A stretch of 64,000 bases of DNA from a virus. Position 1 is the first letter of the stretch, and every line of letters begins with the position of its first letter. Below, in pieces: positions 30,632 to 40,437 of this stretch. The stretch spans positions 96,001-160,000 of IMG/VR virus record IMGVR_UViG_3300043392_000054. One strand, written 5' to 3'. A program made the position numbers and the translations under genes. The notes under the pieces were generated by a model, which saw only the letters and a list, made by a program, of their open reading frames with translations, did not search any database and was not told where the DNA came from.

Positions 30632-30665
30632 GATTTTTATTTGTCAGATTTTTTAATTATATTTA
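30632..30665 (+). promoter_or_regulatory. Bacteroidota sigma70-type promoter
   Basis: TTTGTCA...TATATTTA at 30658-65. Confidence 0.65.
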
Positions 30666-30690
30666 CATATAGTTAAAGGATAAATATACA

Positions 30691-30990
30691 ATGAATTTAG
30701 AAAAACAAATACTTGCCTATAAAGCAGCTGCTGAAAATTATACTAAAGAAAATTTAGCGCATTGCCTAGGTAAAAATGTTGAAATCAATCAAGAAGAATA
30801 TCAATATATCGTCGATATTACAATGTCTATTTTAATGACTAGAGATGATATCGGTTATTCAGGCGGTCATTTTGCAAAAGCAATTGTAAATGATGATAAT
30901 GCCGGTATATTAGAGCACGGAGATGCAGTGTGTATAAAAGCCCTTAATTTTTTTATTACAGCTAATAAATGGTGTGCAGTTTCTTATTAA
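30691..30990 (+). CDS. hypothetical protein
   Basis: 99-aa ORF. Confidence 0.65.
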   Translation: MNLEKQILAYKAAAENYTKENLAHCLGKNVEINQEEYQYIVDITMSILMTRDDIGYSGGHFAKAIVNDDNAGILEHGDAVCIKALNFFITANKWCAVSY

Positions 30991-31061
30991 TTTTTGAAAC
31001 AATGCTAATTTAATAAGTATAATATATACAAAAAGAGTTAAAGAAAAGACTTTAATTTTTT

Positions 31062-31144
31062 GCTTCGGTGGTGGAATAGGTAGACACGCAAGACTTAAAA
31101 TCTTGTTCCTGTAAGGAGTGCCGGTTCGATTCCGGCCCGAAGTA
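31062..31144 (+). tRNA. tRNA-Leu(TAA)
   Basis: GCTTCGG/CCGAAGT acceptor; CAAGA-CT TAA AA-TCTTG; long variable arm. Confidence 0.95.
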
Positions 31145-31145
31145 C

Positions 31146-31255
31146 AATGTAACGACTTAGAAATAAGTGACGGAACAGACGCTAAGTATGAAATGGAAAC
31201 GTTTGAAGCTCGTATAAAGAAGCGGATTCGACACAAACCGTACAGACGTTACATT
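31146..31255 (+). ncRNA. orphan structured RNA between tRNAs
   Basis: AATGTAACG/CGTTACATT closing stem; internal ACTTAG/CTAAGT and GTTTG/CAAAC stems. Confidence 0.5.
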
Positions 31256-31269
31256 AATTTTTAAAATCC

Positions 31270-31341
31270 GGCCCTATAATTAAACGGATATAATGCGTCC
31301 CTTCTAAGGATGACTTGGGAGTTCGATTCTCTCTGGGGCTA
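31270..31341 (+). tRNA. tRNA-Arg(TCT)
   Basis: GGCCCTA/TGGGGCT; CGTCC-CT TCT AA-GGATG. Confidence 0.92.
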
Positions 31342-31342
31342 C

Positions 31343-31373
31343 AAAGCTCTATCATTAATGGTAGAGCTTTTTT
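31343..31373 (+). terminator. intrinsic terminator
   Basis: AAAGCTCTA/TAGAGCTTT plus T-tract. Confidence 0.75.
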
Positions 31374-31390
31374 AATTTACCAAGTATTGT

Positions 31391-31753
31391 ATGCAACTGT
31401 TAGCTACTAAAATTGTTAAAAAAATGGACCTTGGCTCTAACGGAAACCTATTCGGCGGAGAATTACTGGCATGGGTCGATGAAGCGGTTGCAGCATACGC
31501 AATGTTAATTCTTCAAAATAGGGAAATGGTAACTCTTAGTATTGATTCCCTTAAATTCGAAAGAGAAGTAAAAGAAGGTGCATTACTTCAAATTAATGCT
31601 GGTTTAATCAAAACAGGTACAACATCTGCAACCTTTGAAGTAGTTGTAAATACTTATGATGTAGTAGATAGTTCAATAGAAAGAGTCTTCAAAACTAATA
31701 TGACATTTGTCAGAGTCATCAATGGAAAACCCCATCCAATTAAGAAAACTTAA
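31391..31753 (+). CDS. HotDog-fold acyl-CoA thioesterase
   Basis: DLGSNGNLFGGELLAWVDE motif. Confidence 0.85.
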   Translation: MQLLATKIVKKMDLGSNGNLFGGELLAWVDEAVAAYAMLILQNREMVTLSIDSLKFEREVKEGALLQINAGLIKTGTTSATFEVVVNTYDVVDSSIERVFKTNMTFVRVINGKPHPIKKT

Positions 31754-31845
31754 AGACATGAAAGATAAAATTAAAGCGATAATAGCATTTATTATAGGAT
31801 TTGTTTCCTTTCAATTATTATTTCATTTAGTGATTTTAAAATAAT

Positions 31846-33153
31846 ATGAATAACATAGATAAACAATACCAAGCATTATTACAAGATATTTTAGATAACG
31901 GTGTAGAAAAATCAGACCGAACAGGTACAGGAACAATTTCAGTTTTTGGTAGACAGATTCGCCATAAAATGAGTGAAGGATTTCCATTATTAACCACAAA
32001 GAAAATGGCATTCAAAACTATGGTAACTGAATTACTATGGTTTTTACGTGGTGATACTAATATTAAATTCCTATTAGATTATAATTGTCATATTTGGGAC
32101 GGTGACGCATATAAGAACTATCAAACTTATATGAATAAAAACTTAACAGAGACTAAACATTGTAAAATAATAGAAGTTTCAGAAGACGATAGTGGTATAG
32201 GTGCTAAGGGTAGACACTATACAAAAGAAGAGTTCATCAACAAAATTAAAACTGATGATATATTTGCAAAACAATGGGGAGAATTAGGCCCGGTATATGG
32301 TAAACAATGGAGAGATTATAATGGTGAATTACGTACTGAATTAAGTACTACAAAGGGTGAAGATGGGTTCTATAAATACATAACAAAACATATTCCAGGG
32401 ATAGACCAAATTCAAAATCTGATTGACGACCTTAAAACAAATCCGGATTCAAGAAGATTGATGGTCTCGGCTTGGAATGTGGCAGCATTAAACCAAATGG
32501 TACTTCCGCCTTGTCATTATGGATTTCAAGTTTATACAAGAGAGTTGAGTTGGGAAGAGAGGTTTGAATTATTTAAGAAACAAAATAATGGTTCACATCC
32601 TTATGATAATGAAATGTTAGATGATTATAACATCCCAACCAGAGCATTATCTTTAATGTGGAATCAACGAAGTGTAGATACATTCTTAGGATTACCTTTC
32701 AACATTGCGTCATACGGTTTATTACTTGAAATACTAGCTAAAGAAGTAAATATGGTACCTGATGAATTAATTGGTAATTTAGGAGATGTTCATTTATATA
32801 AAAATCATATTGAACAAGCTAAAGAACAAATTGGCAGAGATTTAACTGATGAAGAGAGATACAATAAATGGTTTAATAATAATGTTGTATCTGGTATGGA
32901 AAAGTTCTTTGACCCAAATAACCTACCAAACTTTGAAGACCCATATTATGAACCAACACCAAAAAGTAGTCGAGAACCATATCCATTACCAAGGATTGAA
33001 ATTACTGAAAGAGATTGGTACCAACATGAAGCAGTTAAAGAACATTTAGGCCCAAAAACTTTTAATGAAAAGATTTTATCTTATAGACCTGATTGTTTTG
33101 AATTAATCGGATATAAATCGCATCCATCTATTAAAGCACCTTTATCAAATTAA
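31846..33153 (+). CDS. thyA: thymidylate synthase with insertions
   Basis: DRTGTGT, LLTTKK, GPVYGKQW, SRRLMVSAWN, LPPCHY, QRSVDTFLGLPFNIASY and DVHLYKNH motifs. Confidence 0.95.
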   Translation: MNNIDKQYQALLQDILDNGVEKSDRTGTGTISVFGRQIRHKMSEGFPLLTTKKMAFKTMVTELLWFLRGDTNIKFLLDYNCHIWDGDAYKNYQTYMNKNLTETKHCKIIEVSEDDSGIGAKGRHYTKEEFINKIKTDDIFAKQWGELGPVYGKQWRDYNGELRTELSTTKGEDGFYKYITKHIPGIDQIQNLIDDLKTNPDSRRLMVSAWNVAALNQMVLPPCHYGFQVYTRELSWEERFELFKKQNNGSHPYDNEMLDDYNIPTRALSLMWNQRSVDTFLGLPFNIASYGLLLEILAKEVNMVPDELIGNLGDVHLYKNHIEQAKEQIGRDLTDEERYNKWFNNNVVSGMEKFFDPNNLPNFEDPYYEPTPKSSREPYPLPRIEITERDWYQHEAVKEHLGPKTFNEKILSYRPDCFELIGYKSHPSIKAPLSN

Positions 33154-33317
33154 ATAAATTAATTATGGAATATAAAATAATTGTGGTAGTAGGTATATTT
33201 GCTATACTTGCAGTATTACATAAATTATCAAATAGAAATTATCGAAATCCGCACAATAGAAAATAATACACGATATTAATAAAGTTATATAACTTAAATT
33301 ATATAACTTTTTTATTA

Positions 33318-33908
33318 ATGGAATTATTAGATTCAACTATTTTATTATTTAAGCGTAAAGCTTCTGATAAAGTATTAAAGGAATTAGACCAATATTTTAA
33401 AGATGTTTTAATTATAAGAGATGAATTGTCAGTTGAATTAACTGATAAATCTCTAGACTTAATTAACGATTTCATTCAAAAAAATGTTAAGAACGATGTG
33501 CTTAATTATTTTGTAGAATTAAACCATCCAGATAGACCTGACCTAAAGGCATATTCTGCAGTTGCACATATCGACTTAGAGCATTATAAAAAAACAAAAG
33601 AATTTAGAAGTCTTTTAAAATTATCAAATAATTTTAAATTAGAATCCGGTAATGCAGTCCTTACTCACAGAGGAACTGTAATTTATGATGGTAATTTACT
33701 AAGATGGAAAGGAACCTTAAATAAATTTACGGTTTTAATAGGACTTAGTGAAGAACATGAACACGTTTCATATATTAAATTTCCAATTCAAGGTGTTTCA
33801 GTTCAATTAAATAGAGGCGATATATTAATTGCACCAGCTGGTATCACGCATCCTTTTACAGTGACAGATATAATTAATGGTAAATTCAAATTCATTGACT
33901 GTTTATGA
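33318..33908 (+). CDS. degenerate 2OG-oxygenase/cupin-fold protein (paralog of 37224..37817)
   Basis: C-terminal LNRGDILIAPAGITHP strand; first HxD not evident. Confidence 0.5.
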   Translation: MELLDSTILLFKRKASDKVLKELDQYFKDVLIIRDELSVELTDKSLDLINDFIQKNVKNDVLNYFVELNHPDRPDLKAYSAVAHIDLEHYKKTKEFRSLLKLSNNFKLESGNAVLTHRGTVIYDGNLLRWKGTLNKFTVLIGLSEEHEHVSYIKFPIQGVSVQLNRGDILIAPAGITHPFTVTDIINGKFKFIDCL

Positions 33909-34648
33909 TTTATTCATTTGGTTGCTCTTTTAGTACGAATTATATGGTTCCATTAGAAAATTTTTGGCTAAATATTTTAGCTAAAGAGATAGGTCATGAA
34001 TATGAATCATGGGGCAATGGAGGCACAGAAATGCATGAAGCTTTCCATAGATTAACCTGGTCTATGCGAGATTTTAAAAAGGGCGATATTATCATTTATC
34101 AATTTACAGAGCATCATAGAATAGGGCTAAGACATAATAATTATTATATTTCAACGTCAAGTTTAAAGCATAAAACCGCTAAAGAGGTATTAGATGCAAT
34201 TCATTTTTTAAGAGAAACTGTTAATATAAATAAAACAGATGAAGAATATTTAACCTTATTAGAATTCTCAAATACTTGGATGGATGGTCAAATGTTTTGG
34301 AATTATTGGAGAGTTTGGAATTTATTAAAATATCTAGAAGATAAAATAGGTATTAAATTTATCTTATTATTTTTAGACCAAACTTGGGCAAATGTAATTC
34401 CAAAAGAACATTATACAAATATTCCTATCTTTAAAATACCTAATAATATTCAAACCGATAAATGGTCTTCTTCACCAGATACTAATATAGCGTTAGACCT
34501 ATTTTGCTCTGAAAATAAATGGGCTATAAAAGATGACCTTAAATATAAAAACCATCCAAATTGGCATATAGGAGATGGACATCCTGGAGACCTAGGCCAT
34601 CTTGGAATCGCAAATACATTAATCAAACATATTAATGAAAACAATTAA
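33905..34648 (+). CDS. SGNH/GDSL hydrolase-like protein (paralog of 37814..38596)
   Basis: FGCSFS block I, GNGG block II and DGHPG block V. Confidence 0.65.
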   Translation: MIYSFGCSFSTNYMVPLENFWLNILAKEIGHEYESWGNGGTEMHEAFHRLTWSMRDFKKGDIIIYQFTEHHRIGLRHNNYYISTSSLKHKTAKEVLDAIHFLRETVNINKTDEEYLTLLEFSNTWMDGQMFWNYWRVWNLLKYLEDKIGIKFILLFLDQTWANVIPKEHYTNIPIFKIPNNIQTDKWSSSPDTNIALDLFCSENKWAIKDDLKYKNHPNWHIGDGHPGDLGHLGIANTLIKHINENN

Positions 34649-35441
34649 AAACATTGTAATAATCGGTACTTCATTTACAGCTGGAGGTGGATTTGAAGAA
34701 ACAAATCCTAATAGAAAAATATTAGGAAAATATGAGTCTATTCCAGATAGAATGGAAGATTGTGCATGGCCAGCGTTTCTTAAAAAGAATTTAAATGGTA
34801 TTAATGTTTATAATTTAGCAATTCCTGGCTCGGGTGTAGATTATTTAATTAGAACTGTAAATGAATGGATTGATAAAAATCCTTTGATTTATAAAGATAC
34901 TTTATTTCTATTAGAAGTTTCAGGTTATGGTAGATTAGAATTATGGTCAAACGAATATCAAAGACATTTAGTTTGTAATTGGGACTATGGTGTTAGAAAT
35001 GAAAAATTTTATGCAACTTTACATACTGGCAATTATTGGAAAGACCCGATTGATTTAGCAGCTAAAATAGAAGAAAATAATCCATTAGTTGAAAAATGGT
35101 TAAATACATTTGCAGACCCAAGTATGCTAGTTGAACAGGTTCAAGAGCGCATGTTTAATTTTTTATGTAGATTAAATTATATGGGTTTGGAATTTAAAAT
35201 ATTTTCAGAAGGTTTTTGCAATCCATTTTTAGATGAAGACCCGTTAGTACAAGATAATTGTCTAAAATTAAATAGTAGTAAAGGAGAATATAGGTCTATA
35301 CATCACTATTTAATAGATACAAAATTACAGATAAAGGATTTTACAAATGGTGAATGTGACGATTTCCATGGTACTTTACAAGCTAATAGAATTATAGCAG
35401 AGCAATATTACGCCCAGCTAAAAGCTATATATAATATATGA
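34635..35441 (+). CDS. SGNH/GDSL hydrolase-like protein
   Basis: IGTSFT, NLAIPGSG and DDFH motifs. Confidence 0.6.
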   Translation: MKTIKNIVIIGTSFTAGGGFEETNPNRKILGKYESIPDRMEDCAWPAFLKKNLNGINVYNLAIPGSGVDYLIRTVNEWIDKNPLIYKDTLFLLEVSGYGRLELWSNEYQRHLVCNWDYGVRNEKFYATLHTGNYWKDPIDLAAKIEENNPLVEKWLNTFADPSMLVEQVQERMFNFLCRLNYMGLEFKIFSEGFCNPFLDEDPLVQDNCLKLNSSKGEYRSIHHYLIDTKLQIKDFTNGECDDFHGTLQANRIIAEQYYAQLKAIYNI

Positions 35442-37105
35442 TACAGTTAGGTATTTCAGCTTTTTATCACGATTCTTCAGCCTGCATCGTTAAAGATGGA
35501 GTAGTTCTTGCTGCAGTTGAAGAAGAGCGCTTTACTGGTATTAAGCACGATGATTCTTTTCCAACGCAATCTATTAATTGGCTTTTTGATTATTGTAAAT
35601 TAACATTACAAGATATTGACCAAGTATGTTGGTATGAAAAGCCAAAAATCAAACAAAATAGAGTTTATTCAATTTTTAATAAGCACTATTTTAAAACTCT
35701 ATGGAATAGAATTAAATTTCATCATAGAAATAGAACAGAAGGCAATATACCTGTTTTATTATTAAATAAATTAGGTTATATGGGACCTATTAAATATACA
35801 ACACACCATAAATCTCATGCAGCCTTTTCATTTTATACCTCTCCATATAAAGAAGCTGTTGTAGTTTCAATTGATGGAGTTGGAGAATGGGAAACAGTTT
35901 CAGTTTATCATGGTAAAAGAAATAAGTTAACTAGAGTTTCAAACTCAGTATTTCCTAATTCGTTAGGAATGTTATATTCTACTATTACAGCTTTTTTAGG
36001 ATTTAAACCTAATGAAGGCGAATATAAAGTAATGGGTTTAGCACCTTATGGGAATCCTAATAAGTACTATGATATTTTAATGAGTGTAATTGAAATTTTA
36101 CCAAAGGGTAATTTCAAAATACAACAAGATTATTTTACTTGGGAATATTCTGATAAGATAATGTTTAATCATAATTTGTGTGAGCTTTTGCAGTTATCTC
36201 CAAGATTAAATGGTCAAGAATTAACACAAGACCATAAAGATTTAGCTGCTGCAATCCAAAGGGTATATGAAACTGTATTTATGCATATTTTAGAATGGGC
36301 TAAAAAAGAAACTGGAGCTACTAATTTATGTTTAGGCGGAGGTTGTGCCTATAATGGAGTTGCAAATAATAAAGCTTATTCTTTATTTGATAGTATTTGG
36401 ATTCCATTTTCTCCATCTGATTCAGGCTCAGCTATTGGAACTTGTTTAAATCATTGTAAAAAAATAAGCAGAGAAAATACCTCGCCATATTTAGGCCCTG
36501 AAATAGAAAATGCAGAATTAAAAAAAGCTATTGATAAATTTAAAGACTTAATAAAGGTAGAAGAAAACATTTCTCAAAAGATAATAGAAAAAGCAGCGTA
36601 TGATATTGCAAATGGATTTGTAATAGGTTGGTGTCAAGGCCAAATGGAATTTGGAGCTAGAGCTCTTGGTAATAGGTCTATTCTAGCTTCTCCTAAATTT
36701 AAATATATGAAAAATACTTTAAATAAAGTAATTAAAAAAAGAGAAGGATTTAGACCATTTGCGCCAACTTGTATAGAATCAAAGGCGAATACTTTTTTTA
36801 AAATAGAAGAGCCTATTCCATACATGAATCAAGTGGTAGAAGTTAGACCTGAATTTAATTTACCAGCTATTACGCATATTGATGGGAGTGCAAGGGTTCA
36901 AACTATAACAAAATCACAAAATTCAAAATACTATAATTTATTACTAAAGGTTGAAGAATTAACAGGTTATCCTATAGTTTTAAATACATCATTTAATTTT
37001 AAAGACCAAACCATAACTATGACAGCTGAGCAAGCAATAGAAAGATTTTTAGATTGTGAAATGCATTCATTAGTTATTAATAATACTTATATAACTAAAA
37101 AATGA
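35438..37105 (+). CDS. carbamoyltransferase (NodU/CmcH family)
   Basis: FYHDSSA, EEERFTGIKHD, HHKSHAA, DGVGEW, GEYKVMGLA, GGCAYN, GARALGNRSI, RPFAP, DGSARVQT and LNTSFN motifs. Confidence 0.95.
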   Translation: MIQLGISAFYHDSSACIVKDGVVLAAVEEERFTGIKHDDSFPTQSINWLFDYCKLTLQDIDQVCWYEKPKIKQNRVYSIFNKHYFKTLWNRIKFHHRNRTEGNIPVLLLNKLGYMGPIKYTTHHKSHAAFSFYTSPYKEAVVVSIDGVGEWETVSVYHGKRNKLTRVSNSVFPNSLGMLYSTITAFLGFKPNEGEYKVMGLAPYGNPNKYYDILMSVIEILPKGNFKIQQDYFTWEYSDKIMFNHNLCELLQLSPRLNGQELTQDHKDLAAAIQRVYETVFMHILEWAKKETGATNLCLGGGCAYNGVANNKAYSLFDSIWIPFSPSDSGSAIGTCLNHCKKISRENTSPYLGPEIENAELKKAIDKFKDLIKVEENISQKIIEKAAYDIANGFVIGWCQGQMEFGARALGNRSILASPKFKYMKNTLNKVIKKREGFRPFAPTCIESKANTFFKIEEPIPYMNQVVEVRPEFNLPAITHIDGSARVQTITKSQNSKYYNLLLKVEELTGYPIVLNTSFNFKDQTITMTAEQAIERFLDCEMHSLVINNTYITKK

Positions 37106-37224
37106 TAAACAAACTTATAAATTGGGTAAAAGCTAAATTAGCTGAAAGAAAAAAGAAGGCAGCTTTTAAAAAAGCTATGGACAAATATAAAAAGCAAGAC
37201 CCATTTAATTATAAAAATTTCTAA
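37102..37224 (+). CDS. small basic protein (40 aa)
   Basis: MINKLINW...KKQDPFNYK; overlaps both neighbours; not in ORF track. Confidence 0.6.
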   Translation: MINKLINWVKAKLAERKKKAAFKKAMDKYKKQDPFNYKNF

Positions 37225-37817
37225 TGGAACTTTTAAGTGATTCTATTCTCTTTTTTAAAAACATTGTACCCTCAAAATTACTTAATGAGTTAGATACCTA
37301 TTTTGATAATTGTCAAATAGATGAACACCTATTTGAAGTAAATGGAACAGATGAAACTAATGCTAAAATCGATTTATTTTTACAAAAAGAAATAATTCCG
37401 AATATACTGCAATATTTTTTACATCTTAAACATCCTAAACGAGATGACCTAAATGATTTTTCATGGTCTTATTATTTAGATAGGGAATTGTATAATAAAA
37501 CCGGTAAAATGGAACATTTTATCGAAAGATACATGAATATCAAGGTTAATACAACTTGTTTTAGATTAGTTCATCGAAATAATAGTACATACGATGGAAA
37601 TTTTATAAAATATATGGGTAATATGAATAATTTTACTTTCATATTAGGTTTATCAAAAGATAACGAGCATGATTCTAATCTTATATTTCCTATTCAAAGT
37701 GTAAATGTTAAATTAAATAGAGGAGACATATTAATAGTTCCAGCTGGTATTACACATCCCTATGGTATAAATTATATTGTTAATGGAAAATTTAAATTTG
37801 TTGAAACTATACAATGA
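37224..37817 (+). CDS. degenerate 2OG-oxygenase/cupin-fold protein (paralog of 33318..33908)
   Basis: MELL.S.IL.FK start; FPIQ.V.V.LNRGDILIVPAGITHP. Confidence 0.5.
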   Translation: MELLSDSILFFKNIVPSKLLNELDTYFDNCQIDEHLFEVNGTDETNAKIDLFLQKEIIPNILQYFLHLKHPKRDDLNDFSWSYYLDRELYNKTGKMEHFIERYMNIKVNTTCFRLVHRNNSTYDGNFIKYMGNMNNFTFILGLSKDNEHDSNLIFPIQSVNVKLNRGDILIVPAGITHPYGINYIVNGKFKFVETIQ

Positions 37818-38596
37818 GAGGAAAAATATATTCGTTTGGTTGTTCTTTTAGTACAAAGCAATTATTGCCAAAAAAATTATTTTGGTTAGACATATTAGCT
37901 AATAAGTATGGCGTAAAATACGAACAATGGGGCCATGGAGGCTCTGAATATCAAGAAGCTTTTCATAGATTAACTGGAGCCATGAAAGATTTTAAGAAAG
38001 ATGACTTAATTATTTTTCAGTTTACAGACCATAATAGAATAGGCTTTAATTATCATAATCACTATAATACAACAGCAACGTTAAATGACCACGAGACTGA
38101 TAAAATGCTCAATAAATTTAAAGCTGCTAGAGAAATAATTAGGTTTAATAAATCTGATGAAGATTATTTAAATCTATTTGAATTTGCAAATACTTGGGCA
38201 GATGGTCAAATATTCTATCATTATTGGAAGGTTTGGAATCTTTTATCTTATTTAAAAGATACAATTGGTATAGATTTTATTCTTCTTTTTTTAGACCAAA
38301 CATGGATTAATACTATTCATGATTCTCATTATAAACATATACCTATTTTTAAAACTCTTGAAAGGTCTTATTATGATAAAGCTATTAATACTAATGCAGA
38401 TAAAAATATTTCATTAGCACATTTTTGTAGAATGGATGGTTATGCAGTAGGTCATGAGCTTAAATGGAAAGATATACCGGGTTGGCATCCAGAGGATGGT
38501 CATCCAGGAGAATTAGGCAACCAAAAAATGGTAGAAGTAATTATGGAGCACATCAATACTAATTGGGATGAAACAAATCCATGGGTTTTAATATAA
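37814..38596 (+). CDS. SGNH/GDSL hydrolase-like protein (paralog of 33905..34648)
   Basis: IYSFGCSFS, WGHGG and DGHPG motifs. Confidence 0.65.
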   Translation: MRGKIYSFGCSFSTKQLLPKKLFWLDILANKYGVKYEQWGHGGSEYQEAFHRLTGAMKDFKKDDLIIFQFTDHNRIGFNYHNHYNTTATLNDHETDKMLNKFKAAREIIRFNKSDEDYLNLFEFANTWADGQIFYHYWKVWNLLSYLKDTIGIDFILLFLDQTWINTIHDSHYKHIPIFKTLERSYYDKAINTNADKNISLAHFCRMDGYAVGHELKWKDIPGWHPEDGHPGELGNQKMVEVIMEHINTNWDETNPWVLI

Positions 38597-38614
38597 ATTA
38601 AAACAATATACTAA

Positions 38615-39034
38615 ATGAAACATAAAATATTAAAGTGGTTAATTGGTGATGAATTTGAATTGGTTCCTAAAAAACAACCTATTGCATTAGGAATTAAAAG
38701 TAAAAAGGAATTAATAGAAGAATGTTTAGAAAATATTGATTTTACAGATATTCGTGAAGCAATGGTTTTATTAGAATGGACATGGATAGATTCTAGAACA
38801 CCACCTTCAGTTGAAGAACTAAGAGAAGCTGCAGAAGAAAGATTATATTCTGCATGCTCAGTTGCTTTTGACCCTGAATATAATGGAGAAAAAGATGGAG
38901 ATAAAATAATAGGACCATTTATGTCTTCATGTGGGGGTTTTAGAGCTGAAGCATATTTAGATAAAACATTTAGCCATATTGAAGCTGTAAGATTAGCATT
39001 TGAATTAGCTGAATGGCAAGCAGAACAAGATTAA
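38615..39034 (+). CDS. hypothetical protein
   Basis: 139-aa ORF. Confidence 0.65.
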   Translation: MKHKILKWLIGDEFELVPKKQPIALGIKSKKELIEECLENIDFTDIREAMVLLEWTWIDSRTPPSVEELREAAEERLYSACSVAFDPEYNGEKDGDKIIGPFMSSCGGFRAEAYLDKTFSHIEAVRLAFELAEWQAEQD

Positions 39035-39040
39035 TATAAA

Positions 39041-39289
39041 ATGGATTCAACACCTGAAGAAAGAAGATGTCTTAAATTAAAAGACTTGAAGCAGTGGCTT
39101 AATATGCTACCGAATGAATTTTTAGAATATGACCTAGTTACAGCTAATAATGGTATTTTAGCAACTGGAGTGCATGTATATGAAAAAGAATTTAATATTA
39201 GAGGCTTTGATATTGATGAAGCATATAAACAAATTCTATTTCTACATGCAATTGATGAAAGTAAAAGGTCAAATAAAATAATCACATAA
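39041..39289 (+). CDS. hypothetical protein
   Basis: 82-aa ORF. Confidence 0.55.
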   Translation: MDSTPEERRCLKLKDLKQWLNMLPNEFLEYDLVTANNGILATGVHVYEKEFNIRGFDIDEAYKQILFLHAIDESKRSNKIIT

Positions 39290-40437
39290 TGAATATATCA
39301 ACAAAGCCTACATTGGCATTCGTTACAATGTGTAAAGACGAAGCTCATTGTATTAGAAAAACATTAGATTCAGTTGCTCCATATATTGACTATTTAGTAC
39401 TATATGATACGGGTTCAACTGATAATACAATTGAAGTAGTACAACAATTTATGGATGAAACTGGAATTCCAGGAGAAATCTTTACGGGTACATTTGATGG
39501 TTTTGGTAAAACTAAAACTTTAATGATGGAAAAAGTGTATAATAAAACTGATTATGTTTTACACTTTGATGCCGATGATGTTTTAGAAGGTGATTTTAGC
39601 TTTAATCAATCTGATACAGGTTATGATACCTATTATATGACGATGACTAAAGGTAATTCAAATTTAACATATTTGTCTACAGTAATATACAATAATAGAC
39701 TTAAGTGGAAATTTGCAGGTGTAGCACATACGATTATTAAATGTATCGATAAGCCAAATTATAGTATAGGAACTTTAAATAAGGGTTCTGTTTGTTGTGA
39801 TTCTGTAGGAGCTCGTTCATTTGACCCTGAGAAGTATTTAAAAGATGCTAATAAACTAACAGGCCAGTTTTTTGAAACTCTTTACGATGACCCAGATGGT
39901 CTTAATGCACGTTCTGTTTTCTATGCAGCACAAAGCTATATGGATTATGGCGACTATGAATCAGCTTTAAGATGGTACTCATTATATACTAGATTAAACA
40001 ATACATGGATAGAAGAGAAATTTGAATCTATTATGAGAATGGGTATATGTTTAATGCGTTTAGGCAAATCAAAGAATGAAATCTTATTACAATTAGATAA
40101 TGCATCTTCTATTTTTCCAGACAGAGCTGAACCATATTATAGAGCAGGTGAATATCTATTAGGTATTGGTGAATACCAATTAGCTTATAATTATTTTAGT
40201 AAAGCTAAATCTTGTAAATTAAAAAATGCTAAAGACAAATATGTGTTATTTATTTTAGATGAATGTTATGAATTAGGTTGTAATGATAATTTATCAGTAG
40301 CTTGTTCTCATTTAAATAAAACTGAAGAGGGAATCAAATTAATTTTAGAAATAATTGATTTACCAAAATATGCTGAGCATAAAGAAAGATTAACTAGAAA
40401 TCTAGAATACTTTTTTAGTTTACAACATGCACAATAA
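39289..40437 (+). CDS. GT2 glycosyltransferase with C-terminal TPR repeats
   Basis: MCKDEAHCI, YDTGSTDNT, HFDADD; RSVFYAAQSY and RAEPYY TPR motifs. Confidence 0.85.
   Translation: MNISTKPTLAFVTMCKDEAHCIRKTLDSVAPYIDYLVLYDTGSTDNTIEVVQQFMDETGIPGEIFTGTFDGFGKTKTLMMEKVYNKTDYVLHFDADDVLEGDFSFNQSDTGYDTYYMTMTKGNSNLTYLSTVIYNNRLKWKFAGVAHTIIKCIDKPNYSIGTLNKGSVCCDSVGARSFDPEKYLKDANKLTGQFFETLYDDPDGLNARSVFYAAQSYMDYGDYESALRWYSLYTRLNNTWIEEKFESIMRMGICLMRLGKSKNEILLQLDNASSIFPDRAEPYYRAGEYLLGIGEYQLAYNYFSKAKSCKLKNAKDKYVLFILDECYELGCNDNLSVACSHLNKTEEGIKLILEIIDLPKYAEHKERLTRNLEYFFSLQHAQ

Noticed and set aside
31846-33153. dCMP hydroxymethylase feeding the carbamoyltransferase
   Set aside because: The PFNIASY Asn indicates dUMP specificity (canonical ThyA), so a 5hmC-carbamoyl pathway is not supported by this gene.
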